DNA from: Monocercomonoides exilis PA203
Lineage: Eukaryota > Protista > Preaxostyla
Reading direction: 5' to 3'
Assembly: GCA_001643675.2 (NCBI GenBank)
Contig: LSRY02000048.1
Span: forward strand, 665,019-729,018
DNA length: 64,000 nt
Position numbers and translations under genes: made by a program. Under the pieces are notes generated by a model. The model was given only the letters and a program-made list of their open reading frames with translations. It was not told the origin of the DNA and made no database searches. This document shows positions 41,546-53,729 of this stretch, in pieces. Every line of letters starts with the position of its first letter. Within the stretch, counting starts at the first letter, position 1.

Positions 41546-41790
41546 CGCTGTTTAATTTTGGCAAAAACTATCCTATCACGCGATAGAACACTTTTCGCAG
41601 CTTTTCAAGTTGTTATTTTCCTCAAAAATTCCGATATTTTATATTGACGATTTATAGTTTTTCAAATTTTGGAAATAATGTTGTTATCAAAAAAAGCAAA
41701 TCTTTTCAATCTTTTTGATCACTCTTCCATTATAATTTCCAACGTTATTGTTATTCGAATTTATCTTTCTGAACACTTAATATTTCATTC

Positions 41791-44777
41791 ATGGAACAAG
41801 ATTTTTCATCTGAACAAATTTTTTCAATGTCGACCAATCATGATTTTTCTTCAAATATTTCATACGACTTCACTTCACCAAAACTGACACAAAGCAGCCC
41901 ATACGATTGTCCATCTGAGGTATTTTGCTTTTTTTGAAGCTTGAACAAATTGATTTTATATTTATTTATCTATTATGAAAACAAAAAATCCTTATTAAAT
42001 AGCTTTCTCTGCAAAATATTAATTATCAGAAAAAAGAAGAAATCGATACTCAAACTCCGGACGAAACCTACATTGCAAGAGAGGAAGTGTGCAAGAAAAT
42101 GATGAAGCTTATGCAGCACTTCCTCTCTCCAACAAAGCAAAAAACCCCGCAATCACATCATTCATCGTTCACTTATTCCACTCCTCTTCGAGAAAGTACA
42201 ACTTTTTCAGCCATTTTAACACCTCACAAACCAACAAAAATACTTCAACCTACTCTTGATTGTTTTTCGTCATCTGTTGAAAAAGAAAAAGAAAAAGTGA
42301 AATGTGAAAATGAAAAAGAAGAAAAAATAAACGAAAATAATGATGATAAAAGCGATTCAGATAATGGAATTTCTGAAGAAGATGCTGATTTCCTTGAGCC
42401 ATCAAGTGATTCAGAAGAAAAGGGCTTAGAGGAAGATGAGATTGATTTTGAAAAAGAAAAATCGGAAAGGTTGAAGTTAGAAAAATATAACGAAACCATT
42501 TGTCAAATTCCATCATCATCAACTGACAACACAGAACATTCATCAAATCAGAAAATCATATCCATATCTTCTTCAAACTCCTCCTCTTCCATTAACCCTT
42601 CAGTTCCTTCTTCCTCTTCCTCCGCATCTGCCTCTGCCTCTGCCTCTTCCTCTTTTTCCTCTTCCTCATCCTCCTCATCCTCTTTCAACTACCAACCTCT
42701 CTTGCTCTCTCCATCACACGAATTCCCAACGAAAATGGACGCTGCACTGAAAAGAGTGGGCAAAGAAAAAGCGAAAGAATATCTGAAAATTAAAACAATG
42801 TGGTCCGAAGCAACAGCAAAGAAACATGCTTGGGTTGAACGACTATTAATGAAATACGCTGAAGAAGTTGAAGTCAAGCCCTGTCCGCTCACTCCGGATC
42901 TCGCCCGCGCCTTCGTTCTTTTCTGCGGAAAAGAATGCATGTATCCTTTATCGTCGATTGGATACATCATTGTCCCTTCCCTGAAAAGAATAAATATTGA
43001 AAAAAGAGGAAAAAGATTAAACAGAAAAACACACCTTGCAATGCGGGAAGCTATACGGTATCTTCGCTTCTCACGAAACGTTGAAAAAAATGTTATGATA
43101 AAAGAACCAGCATTAATCAAGGATGTTACAAGAATAGTCGAATTCATACCTTCGTCACTTGAATCAAAGGAAATGGAGGCTTCACTATACTTGGTAGCTG
43201 TCAACACAGGTGCACGGGCTATTACTCTGGCAAACGTGCATCTGTCTGATATTACAAGAGTAATAAAATCAGAAAAAACAAAGAAATTCTTATGCACACT
43301 TCGCTATAACCGAACCAAGGGCTCGGCAAATTGGAGGCATGAGGTAACTATAGAAGGACTGGAGGAGGAAGAAAGCGGAGACGACCCTGTTTATTGATTG
43401 TCTGCTTATCTTAATAAAAGATGTGGTATATCACTATCTGAATGGATGACCAGAAAGAATGAGGCAAACCTTGAAGAACTGCTGTGGCCTATCAGCACTG
43501 ACTCCATGCGAGAACGATTCAAAACTCGAGCGGCTAATGCGGGTTATCCGAGGAGCCTCTTCTGCTTTCATTCCCTCCGCAGTGGCTATATTTGTTCGGC
43601 ACTGATTAAATGTGGTGCAAAAGAAGAAAAGCAAAAAGTAATTTCAGAAAAAACAGCATTAATAGCAGGTTGGACACCTTTCAAATTGGCTCAGGCTGGT
43701 TACATTAAAAATGTGGTGAAGCGCGCAATGGGAGCCTCAAGGCTTTTCAGCCACGAAGAGGATGGCGAGAACGAGCCTATCATTGACGAAACGCTTCTTG
43801 AGTTGGAAACGTTTCATGGAATTTCATTCTCATTTGTGAGTGATGAGAAAAGCCCATATGATTCATACAAAGACATCGTGAAGGAAAGAGCGAGAAAGTT
43901 TTTCGGAAAGGAAGAAGTTGAAAGATGTTTGATGGAAAGATTTGTGAATAATGGATCCAAGAAATTGATAGAAGAGAACGAAGATTTGAAGATTATTGCA
44001 GAGAATAAAATGGAAAGTATTAATAAGAAGAAAAAAGAAGGACAAAAGAAAACATACTTTTACTCTATTGCTGCAAGAGTTGCACGTGTGTACATAAAGG
44101 ACCAGCTTTATGTTCAAGGAAAGTCTCCGGTCGAAGTCGCAAATAATTTCTGCAGACTGGAAGAAAAGTCGACATCGAAAGCACCGATACATAATAGAAA
44201 GAGATACACAGAAAATGAGACAAATGAAACACCGTACGAAAAAAGAAAAAAAGAAAGAGAACATCTGATGAAAGACAGAAAGAGAAATGAAAAAAACAAC
44301 CTTCGAAGAATTCGCTGGACAAAAAATGACGACACAAAGCTCATTGCTATGTTCAACGAAGGGAAAAAGACGAAGGAAATGATGAAAGCTTTTCCATATC
44401 GAGATCGCCAACATATTGACGATCATCTGCAAGTGCTGCTTGAAAAAGGAAAAATAAAAAGACCAGATTCAATTCCATTGTCAGAAATGATAGAAAATAT
44501 TGAACGAAAGAAGGATGAGCCAAAAAAGAAAAGATCATACAGAAGGAAAAAGCACGTTCCAGATTTCGGAGAGTCCGACAGCCAGGAAGAGAAGCCAACA
44601 AAAAGGAAGAGGAGTGACGAAGAAAAGGAGGAGGATGACTCACTTGAGGAATTTGAATTGGAAATAATAATGAGAAAGTTGAAGAATACAAAGAGCAAGA
44701 GGTTGAAGAGAAGTGAAGATGGGAGTGAATGGGTACGTGTAGAAGAAAATGAAATCGAGGATGAAGAAAGTTTGTGA
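41791..44777 (+). mobile_element. Tyrosine recombinase + C-terminal Myb/SANT gene, copy 1 (intron-containing; one in-frame TGA at 43395-43397)
   Basis: Exon 1 is 41791-41919, followed by a phase-0 GT-AG intron 41920-42029, then ORFs 42087-43397 and 43398-44777 in the same frame. Core-binding domain KKHAWVERLL..PCPLT..IVPSL; catalytic NTGAR (R 43215), RTKG, FHSLRSG (43569-43580), IAGW (43671) and AGY (43701); Myb-like RIRWTKNDDTKLIAMF..PYRDRQHIDDHL. Confidence 0.85.
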
Positions 44778-47700
44778 AAGTCGATCAGAGTTTATGATTG
44801 AAGTTGTTTTGCACATCACCATACACATTAATCAACAATAAATAATAAACAAAATTATAAACAAAGCAATTGTTAAAATCGAATGAAAAAAAAGAATTTC
44901 AAATTTTTTCATACTATTTATTGAGCTTGACATGGCATCTGCAGTATTGAATTGTTGAAAATAACGACCATTCATTGAAGTTGTAATAATAAGGATGCTA
45001 TATCAACAAGTTCTAACATGAAAACAGTGATTATTAAAGAAATATATTAAACGAATCAAAAATCAAAAAATGAGGAAAATTATTAGATTATGGGTCAAGA
45101 GTTATTGAAAAAAAATAAAAAGATCAAAAGTTATTCAATCAATTAAAAATTCAAGAAAAAATTTCAAAATTTTGGACAAATACAATTTTTGGAAAAAAAA
45201 TAATAACTCCAATAAATAATGTAAATGATGAAGAACAACATACCATGCTGTCAGCAGTTAGTGAAGTTTATAAACAGAAAAAACTGTGCGACCTGATTTT
45301 GAATCAACGAACTTCATTCCTACAACAGCATAAAAAAACTAATGAAGAAAATTTCTAATTTCGAATGGAAACATACTCATTTTTGTATATATTTTTTCTG
45401 TTAAAAATGAAGTTTGATATCTGAATTAAGAAGAATTATCTTTCTTTGAAGGGTTAATATTATTTTGTCAAAGACAAAAGAAAATCAAATGAATACGAAA
45501 AAATTACGAATAAATCCAACCTTGCTTCTCAGTCCGTGCCTGATTTTTGAGCGTTTAACAATCTACCTCGGAAACAGTTGAACTATCAAAAATGAGTATT
45601 TAACATTTTATGGAAGAGATCAAAAGCCAAAAATGAAATAATAAATGTTCACTTGGAAGTTTGAAATTCAACTATCATTCCTTTATTCTGAACAAAAATG
45701 TTTGTATATATGTTTATTTATTTTCAATAAGACAATATTTTTTAATTTTTTTCACAAATTTCCAAAACAATTTGAACATTATTGATTATTCGTTGATGTT
45801 GAAATGTTTGTGATTTCCTTTTCGACTGAGAAGTTTTAATTCAATCAAGGAAGGATATTCTTCGCAGAAAACAAATTTTTGAACTTCAGTTATCTTGAAC
45901 GCTAAAGTCAAAAACCGATTATTCAATTTCCTGTGAAGGAAAAAAATTGGATTTATAATTTCTTTGGTATGATTTGAATTGAAATATTAAGTTGCATTCA
46001 TAACAATGTAATTTTTCTTTTCTTTTTTTATCGTTGGAAAATCAGCATTGATCAATCGTGTGATAATTTTTTCAATAACTGAAAAGCTACTGAAAATAGG
46101 CTTGAATTATTCCAATGCAAAATGGAAATTACGTTAATAAATGCAAAACTTTGATAAACAAACAATTTCATCGAATAATTCCTTTGACTGATTGATTATA
46201 AATAATTTTTTTCAAAAGAAAGAGGTTTGGAGTTCAATTTTTGTTCTATTCATTTTTTCATCAATTTTTGTATGTTTTGCAAAGTTATGAAAGACAGATC
46301 AAGCTTTATTAAAGCTTATTTAACAAGTGATGCTTAAGAAAAAATAAATACATTATCATCTTAACGAAATATCATCATGATAAGTTCTCACTTGAAATAT
46401 GGAGTTTGTAAATTTCCTTTTATGAATACAAAGATTGAGGTGAATGAATGCACTGCAACTTGAAGAAATGGAAAAGGTTTGACGTGTTTTTCATCTATGA
46501 TCAATGATCTCTTTGTTTTCGAATGATAGAAGTTATTGAGAAGCGAAAGAATTCAGTCAGTTATTAACTTGTTGAATGTCAGATGATAAAATCGTGGAAA
46601 TACATATGTTCAAGACAATATGGAGAGTGTTTTTCTGAAGAAATCGGAATCAACGTTGGATAACATTTGCAGAATTTCCAGAAAAGGCTTTCAATGAAGA
46701 ATAAATCTATGTATTCCAAAAATAATTCATTATTCAGGAAATAAAGAGTTGAAGCAATAAGAATCATGTGATTTATGAACCGGTAATTTATTTTGTGAAA
46801 TGTGAAAGCGTTTGTTTTTTCATAAGAACGAAGAAAACAAATGGAATTGCAATTTGTCCGTGCTGAAGAATGATAATTCCAAGATGCAAAATGGAAGATA
46901 TGATAAATTGAAATGATGAGATGTGCTTGAAGTGTGAACTTTTCATTTTTTGTTTAATAAAATGAAGTTTTTTATATTTGAAGTGTAAGCGTTGTTAAGA
47001 TAAGAAGATCGTAAATTTTCTTCGAAAAAAAAGAATTTCTAACAATTAATCGGGAAGAAAATAACAAAGTTTGTTGATTATTCTTTGGTTTTCTAAATTC
47101 ATTTTGAATTAATGAATGAAAATTATTGTTTTTCAAAGAGATCATAATGACTGAAGCAATTTCTTATTTATTGGTTAAATGAATTGAAAATTTTTAATCC
47201 AAAAGATTATTTTCAATGGAAAACTTGATTTCTTTTCGAACAAAAAATGTTCTTTGTTAATTGCAGATAAGAACATTTTTATGTTGGATATTTTATTTTG
47301 ATCGATGAATGCTCTTTCATTTATCAAAACAAAATACTCATTTTTGAGAAGTTTGAACTGATAATTTGTTAGATTTATTTGAATAAATGCTTTTTTGTTA
47401 TTTGATCATTCTTTAATCACATTGAAAAAATATGAGAAATGTTAATTGTTTCATTCTGCATTTATTTCTTGCAAATACAAAATGAAACATTTAATATTCA
47501 TTGTTTTCAATGAATCATCTACTAAATGAAATGGAAAAGTGCGGGCAGAAGTTTGAAACAGCGAAGATCGGAATCGGCGAGTTGAAAACAATGATGGAAA
47601 TGAAGTTTTTCCAGAAGATGAATTGTTCCATCAGCTTGCGCGCGAAGGTTTGATATTGATTTATGATCTATTGTGCTTTTCATTTTCATGTTTTTACAAA

Positions 47701-47905
47701 TCAGCTGCATTGGAATAAGAAGCTAAAAGGATATTAATAAACTGTTAATTCATTCATATAAGGAAGGGATTCAAACGATAAGTAATTGTGCTGCTAGTGT
47801 GGAAAGCATGCCATAAAGTATGATTAACGTGGAGGAATGTTGCTAACAAGTTTTGCAAAGCGGATACGAAAATGTGTTAAATCAGTAAATGAAAAACATA
47901 AATAT

Positions 47906-47920
47906 GTTAGGTTAGGTTAG
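47906..47920 (+). repeat. Interstitial telomere-like GTTAGGTTAGGTTAG
   Basis: Directly visible, in the same orientation as the terminal telomere, ~1 kb upstream of the YR copy 2 ATG. Confidence 0.8.
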
Positions 47921-48899
47921 ATACAAAGGCGACGCCTGCGTGTGAACAGGTCAGCAACGGGGCTCATGTGGACAAAAATCAATATTCTCGAATGATGCAA
48001 AAAAATCCAAGAAATTACGAAAAATTCCAAAAAATTTGAAAAAATATGTGTTTGTCAAGAAAATCTGATAAGACGATCAAAAATCGCATTACTAGGTTGC
48101 CCAACATCGGAAAGCTCCATCTGCTGATATTTATTCATCGAAAGAGTGTCTAATTGAAAGCTTGAATTTTTTCGTTTTTTCATATTTTTTTTTTTCTCAC
48201 AAAAAGTTCTTCATTGAGAAATAATAGAAAACTTTTTTGAAAAAAAAATATTTGATCAAAAAAATACCACAATAAAAATATTAATCAAAACTTGCAAGGG
48301 AAACTCCAACAGGAACATTTAGCAACTTTTGATATTCAATTTATACATCGTTTGCTTTATTAATTAATATGTTATCCGATTTTCATTGTTTTTTTATCCA
48401 ATTGTTATTCTGAGACAGCTCCTATAAACTCATCACTTTGTATGTTTTCTTTTGATATTACAAATATTTTCAAGTTTCCAACCTTAAATTGGAATATTTG
48501 ATATGCTTTGTTTTTCGTCTCTTATCAATTAATAACAATAGAATTTCTTCTTTGAGTAATTTTCACGAAATATGATTCGGAATTTCACTAAGAGCCAGGA
48601 TCGCCTGTGTGGTCTTTTATTATTTTTATTTGTTTTATTTTAATAATTATATTTGATTTTTCTTTTAGTGGAAGAGCAATGAATTACAAAGGTTTGTTTT
48701 TTTTTCGTTCATTACATTAATTTCACAAATCTTATATTCATTTATTTTGAAAGATAAATTCAATAAAAGCTTCGAACGGAAAAAAAAGAAGAATCGTTGA
48801 AAATAAGCAAGCACGCAGTCCTTTCCCCATCTCAGCCCGGCTTTTTTCTCTCCTCCTTCTTCGTATCTCGTCACTCCGCCTTCTTCTCCTTCTCAAATC

Positions 48900-51800
48900 A
48901 TGCCTCCGCTTTCTCCTCTCCGCTTTTCCGAAACTTCCCAATCCAACATTTATGATAATGTGACTTCAACTCCAAGATTATCAACTCATTTTTATCCTTC
49001 AAGATCAAACACTCCTTCTCCTTCTCCAGCTTCTTCGAAAAACAGAGAAAATGAGAAAAATGGAGATGATGTTCCGTCTTTGACAGAGTGGTTGTTTCGT
49101 TTGACGAAAGAACCAAATTGTCCAAAAATCGACTATTATTCTTCAATCTTCAAATCTCTTCCTCCTCAACCTTCGCTCGATTCAATTCGTGAGTTTTATC
49201 ACGTTTCCATATATCCCCGCCCTCTGTATATTTCTAAAAGTGAGGATTTGGATCAACTTTGTTTGGAAAATCTCAAAAAACAGGAAGAATTGGAGGAGGA
49301 AAATGCTTGTTCAAACGTGGAGGGGCAAAATGATACTGATAAAACTTCAAAATCAAATAATGACCAACAAGAATGCACGGAAGGAGCAAATGAGGAAAGA
49401 AATTTTGAGGAGGAGCACTTATTTCATGATGGAACAACTATTCAACTCACATCTGCCAGTGTAAGTTCAACAGATTTTTGTGAAAGAATGAAGGAGTTTG
49501 TCAATACAAAGAAAACAGAAACATCACACGAAATTGAAATGGAGGAGGAATTATCTGGAGGAGCTTTGAATGATACAGTGGTTGGAGCAACAAACATTTC
49601 ATCAACGAAAATGAAAAGAGGAAGACCAAGAAAAAGAATTGCTGCAAACAAAAAATGCAACACAACATCTGCTCGCAATGAAATAGATTGTTCATTTGCA
49701 AATAAAAATGATAAACATCAAATGGAGAAGCAGATTGAAGGTGTTGATTGCATTTCAAATGAAGCAGAATGTGTGAACCATCAAGAAGAAAGTTCGTTCG
49801 GTTCATTTACCAAACATCAAAACCTGACACACAAAAAGTGCAAAAAAAGACAGAAAAGAAAAGCCAGAACAGATTCAAAAAGTTCAACAGAAAATGAGGA
49901 GGAGAATAAATTTGAAAGTTCAACAAACTTTTCTTCCACTGCACCTCTTCGCATTCAACCAAAAAGGATTTGCAAAAAAGCTTGTTTGGAAAAAATTGAA
50001 AGCATTTCGTTGGCAGAAAAAAGAAAGATTGTGAAGATGAATGATGGTGAGAGAAATGATGATAATTCTTCTTTTCAACATTCCGACAATGAAAATGAAC
50101 AATGTGATGGTTTGAAGAATTCGAAAGAATTAAATGATGGATCAACATCAAAAGCACTCAAAATTCGATCAAGAAGGAGCCAAGAAAAGAAAGAGAAAAA
50201 GAAATTGAGTGATAGGAATAATTCTGTTCAACATTCAAAAGTTGGTCGTCCGAAAATGAAGAGGAAGTCAGTGTTGATGACAGAGGAAAACAAGCAACTC
50301 ATTCATCAGAATTTTGAAGCTATTAAAGCAGAGAACAGAACATCAAAAGAGTCAATCTTATTCGATGACAAAACGAAAGAACCATTAACGAATATGGATA
50401 TTTATGGAGTTTCAGGAGATGTATTGAGGCCTTTAAATTTACACACACCAGCTTGTGAAAATCCTGTAGACACTTCACCAAGAAGTGGTTACCAAACACC
50501 TTCAAAATTTTCTGTTGCGCTGCGAACATTTAGCATGGAAACTTTTGAACCTTATCTGCAAACAGGACTTCCAATAAGCAAAGAGAAGAAAAAAACACAT
50601 GCTTGGGTATATGCAATGTTTGTTTCCTTCTGCAGAAAATTCAAGCATGAGCCTTGGCCGCTCAACATGGATGCTGTATACGGATTTATAAAACTGTTAG
50701 GAGCTGCTGTTGGTTATTCAATAAAAAGTTTAAGAGATTCTATTCTTCCCTCATTGTATTATATTTCATGGTATAGAACTAAAGAAATTGTTACGCAAGA
50801 AGTAAGAAAGATGGCATTGTTGGCAATAGCGGAAATTCAATTTCAAAGAGATCAGTTGTTTGACAATGATGAATTGGAGGAGTTTCAATGTGTAACAAAA
50901 CACAAAGAACCGCTTATTGTTCGGGACTTGGAAAGAATTCTTTCTTGTATTCCAGATTGGAATGTGGAAAAGCCGAGAGAGGCTTCTCTGTTTCTTTTTG
51001 CTCTCGCAACGGGAGCAAGAAGTCTGACATGCTCTAGAATTCGTCTACGAGATATCGTGAGGGTGTTTTCCAAAGATGGTTCATCATTTGTCAAAGTTAC
51101 TATCAATTTGGCATGCGGAAAGGGCATTCGAAATGATGATCACTGTGTCACGGTTGAAGGTGACATCAAAGAAAAGAACAATCTGAACGTGATATGGTGG
51201 TTGGAGGAGTATTTGGTGATCCAATATGGATTAACATTAACTACATTCGACACTTGGAATTTGGGTGAACTGGGATCTCATTTCCTTTGGGGAATGAGGA
51301 AAGGTGCAATGAGGGCTCGTTTGCAAAAGCGAGCGAAGCAAGCGGGCTACCCTGAACAGATGTTCGGATTTCATTCTTTTCGTTCCGGGTTCATCTGTTC
51401 AGCACTGTTGAAGATCGAAAACAACCCAGAGTTGAAAGAGAATGTTCTGGAGACTGCAGCGTACATTGCCAACTGGAAACTTGGTTCACCTGTGGAAATG
51501 CAATATGTTGACAGAACGACTCGAGGTACTATCGTGGCAAACAGATTGAACTTCCCAAGAGAAGTTCTTGAGGAGGATGTTGTGTTCAGCGCTGATCTGT
51601 CAGACCCTTCAGTGTTTCATAATATTGTCATTGGTGAAAGTGAGTGGAAAAGGGACTCAATAATAGACACATTCAACTTTTTTGTTCGGGAGGTTGTCAA
51701 ATGTGCATGCAGAAAGTTTCACTATCCATACGTTCACTGCATCAAGTTATGTCGAATGGCTGCTGTGAGGTATCTGAAACTGTTCAACAAAGAAGCAAGG

Positions 51801-52301
51801 ATGTCAGAAAAGTGGGTGCAGAAATCGAAGGAGTTGGTGTTGGAACAACTGAAGCGGAAAGGAGGTGATATCGTTTCAATCGGTACTGAATGTTTGTCAA
51901 CGATAAAGGAATATCTCGATGGTACTGTGAAGTTGGAAGTGACTGGTAAGGAAATCAGAAAGAAAATCAGAGAAAGAAGAGAATGGAATTTCATCACAAA
52001 CAATCCATCAAGAATGAGATGGTCTGCGAAAGAAACAGAGACTCTGGAATCGATGGTGCTCGATGATTGCGACTTTAAAAAGATCAGCGAAGTTCTTCCA
52101 CATAGATCTGCAAATGCATGTCGTGACAGAATAAGAAACATAATCAAGAAGCAGAAAAGGCTCAATTTGTTACGGGAAAGTGGAGCGAATCAAATTCAAA
52201 GTGCTGAAGATGATGCTGAAGAAGAAGGAGATAATTTTTACGAAGCATTTTCAGATGAAAGTGATGGAGATCACGTTAAACCAAACGGTGATGAATACTA
52301 A
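48900..52301 (+). mobile_element. Tyrosine recombinase + AT-hook + C-terminal Myb/SANT gene, copy 2 (intact 1133-aa ORF; Crypton-like, no RT)
   Basis: AT-hook KRGRPRKR (~49614-49637); core-binding domain KKTHAWVYAMFVSFC..EPWPL..ILPSL; catalytic ATGAR (R 51018), CGKG, FHSFRSG (51372-51383), IANW (51474) and EMQY (51504); Myb RMRWSAKETETLESMV..DFKKISEVLPHRSANACRDRIRNI (~52010-52145). Confidence 0.9.
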
Positions 52302-53729
52302 ATGTTTCAGTTATTTTCGTTAGAATTCTTTATGTCTGATACATTGAACATTCCTGTTGAAGGTTATCAAATGTTATTTTTTCAAGAATAACATCTGTCA
52401 TTTACGCAAGAGTCGAAAAAGTCTGTCAAGTATTTTTGCTTTTGCATTCGACTATAAACAACTGTCATTTTATCACTCATTTTTGACATTTTCAATGAAT
52501 AATTGGTTTTGTTATATTCATTATCTTTTAATTTAATCGTTTATTGACTTTTCATTCAGGTTTTTTGTTTTGTTCACTTGAAACAGGTTGAATTGGTTTT
52601 CAATTCAAACATTCAGTATTTTAATATATATTTCTCACTTTTTCACATTCCAAAAGTGAACTGAAACGAAAAGGAGTGTTTTATATCCATGAAATGGAAA
52701 ATCTCTTACGAAAATGAAACTCTGAAACGAATAACTTGAAAATAGTACAAAAAGTTAAAGAAACGAATTTTCTGAAAACACATGTCCGTTTCTGAATTCG
52801 ATCTGGTATGTTGTTTCTGAGTTGCTGCACTTTTTGTTTAAAAGATGCTGGAACATAATGATGAAATCTGTTATTTCTGTTGTGAAAGAATGAAAAACTC
52901 AGAAAAAAAGCAATTAGTGAGTTGAATTTCAAAATTTAGAACATCACAATGCGTAAAATGTTGTTCCGTGACTTTAGGAATGCATGTTTCATTCATGATT
53001 TCTTTTTGAATAATTCAGAAATCGAAAAATGAATTGAGAAAAATCATCAGTATCCTGCAGTTAAAACAAGTTTACAAACATCACGAACGTAAAGAAAAAT
53101 ATTTATAAAATAAAAATCCATAACAAATGAAACTGTATTGATTGAATTCGTTGAAAAACTCTCTTTTCACATTTTCAATTAATTAATTTTATAACATCTT
53201 GATCATCTTAATTCTTTTTTCTTATATAAGTCGCTGGTTATGTGAGAATACTTAAATCGCCACCAAGAATGGTTATTTTATGATTATTATCTATTGTTTT
53301 CTATTATGTATTGAATGAAATTTGCGGTTGTAACATAAGTTCATTGCTTTTTGTAGTTAAGAAAATTACTATCTTTGTAACAAGAGAAGCAGTTAATTTC
53401 ATCACATACTATAATTTTCACATGTTTTTTTTCTCAAAATGAGATTGAAAAGGTGAACAAATTGTTCAGGACTTCTTATTTTAATAATCATTTCTGAAGC
53501 ATATTTTCTTCGTTGGAAGAAAAATTTGAAGGTAATATTGATGAGCATTCAGTGATATATTCCTTTCATTTCAAAATTTTGCAAATCATTTTGAATTTTC
53601 GACACTTCATTCAACTTAATTTGAAAAATGCAAATAATAATAAACTAAGAAATTTCTGCTAATTCATTTATTTGTAGTTCAATCATCAAATAATTTAAAA
53701 ATCAAAGAAAATATTTGGAATTGAATTGA

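Noticed and set aside
45400-47750. AT-rich spacer between the YR genes with faint internal repeats (attccaa..tgcaaaatggaa at ~46110 and ~46880)
   Set aside because: Possibly a very old pseudogene, but no translatable motif could be recovered by eye.
48091-48098. ACTAGGTT upstream of YR copy 2 matching part of the telomere junction motif
   Set aside because: An 8-bp match is expected by chance in a window this size, and the CAAA part is missing.
42087-52301. DIRS/Ngaro retrotransposon, Starship, prophage integrase or protelomerase interpretation of the YR genes
   Set aside because: No RT/RNase H/gag ORF, terminal repeats, cargo boundary or phage genes are visible, and the chromosome ends in telomerase-type repeats rather than a hairpin. 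A heavily decayed RT in 44.8-48.9 kb cannot be fully excluded without a profile search.
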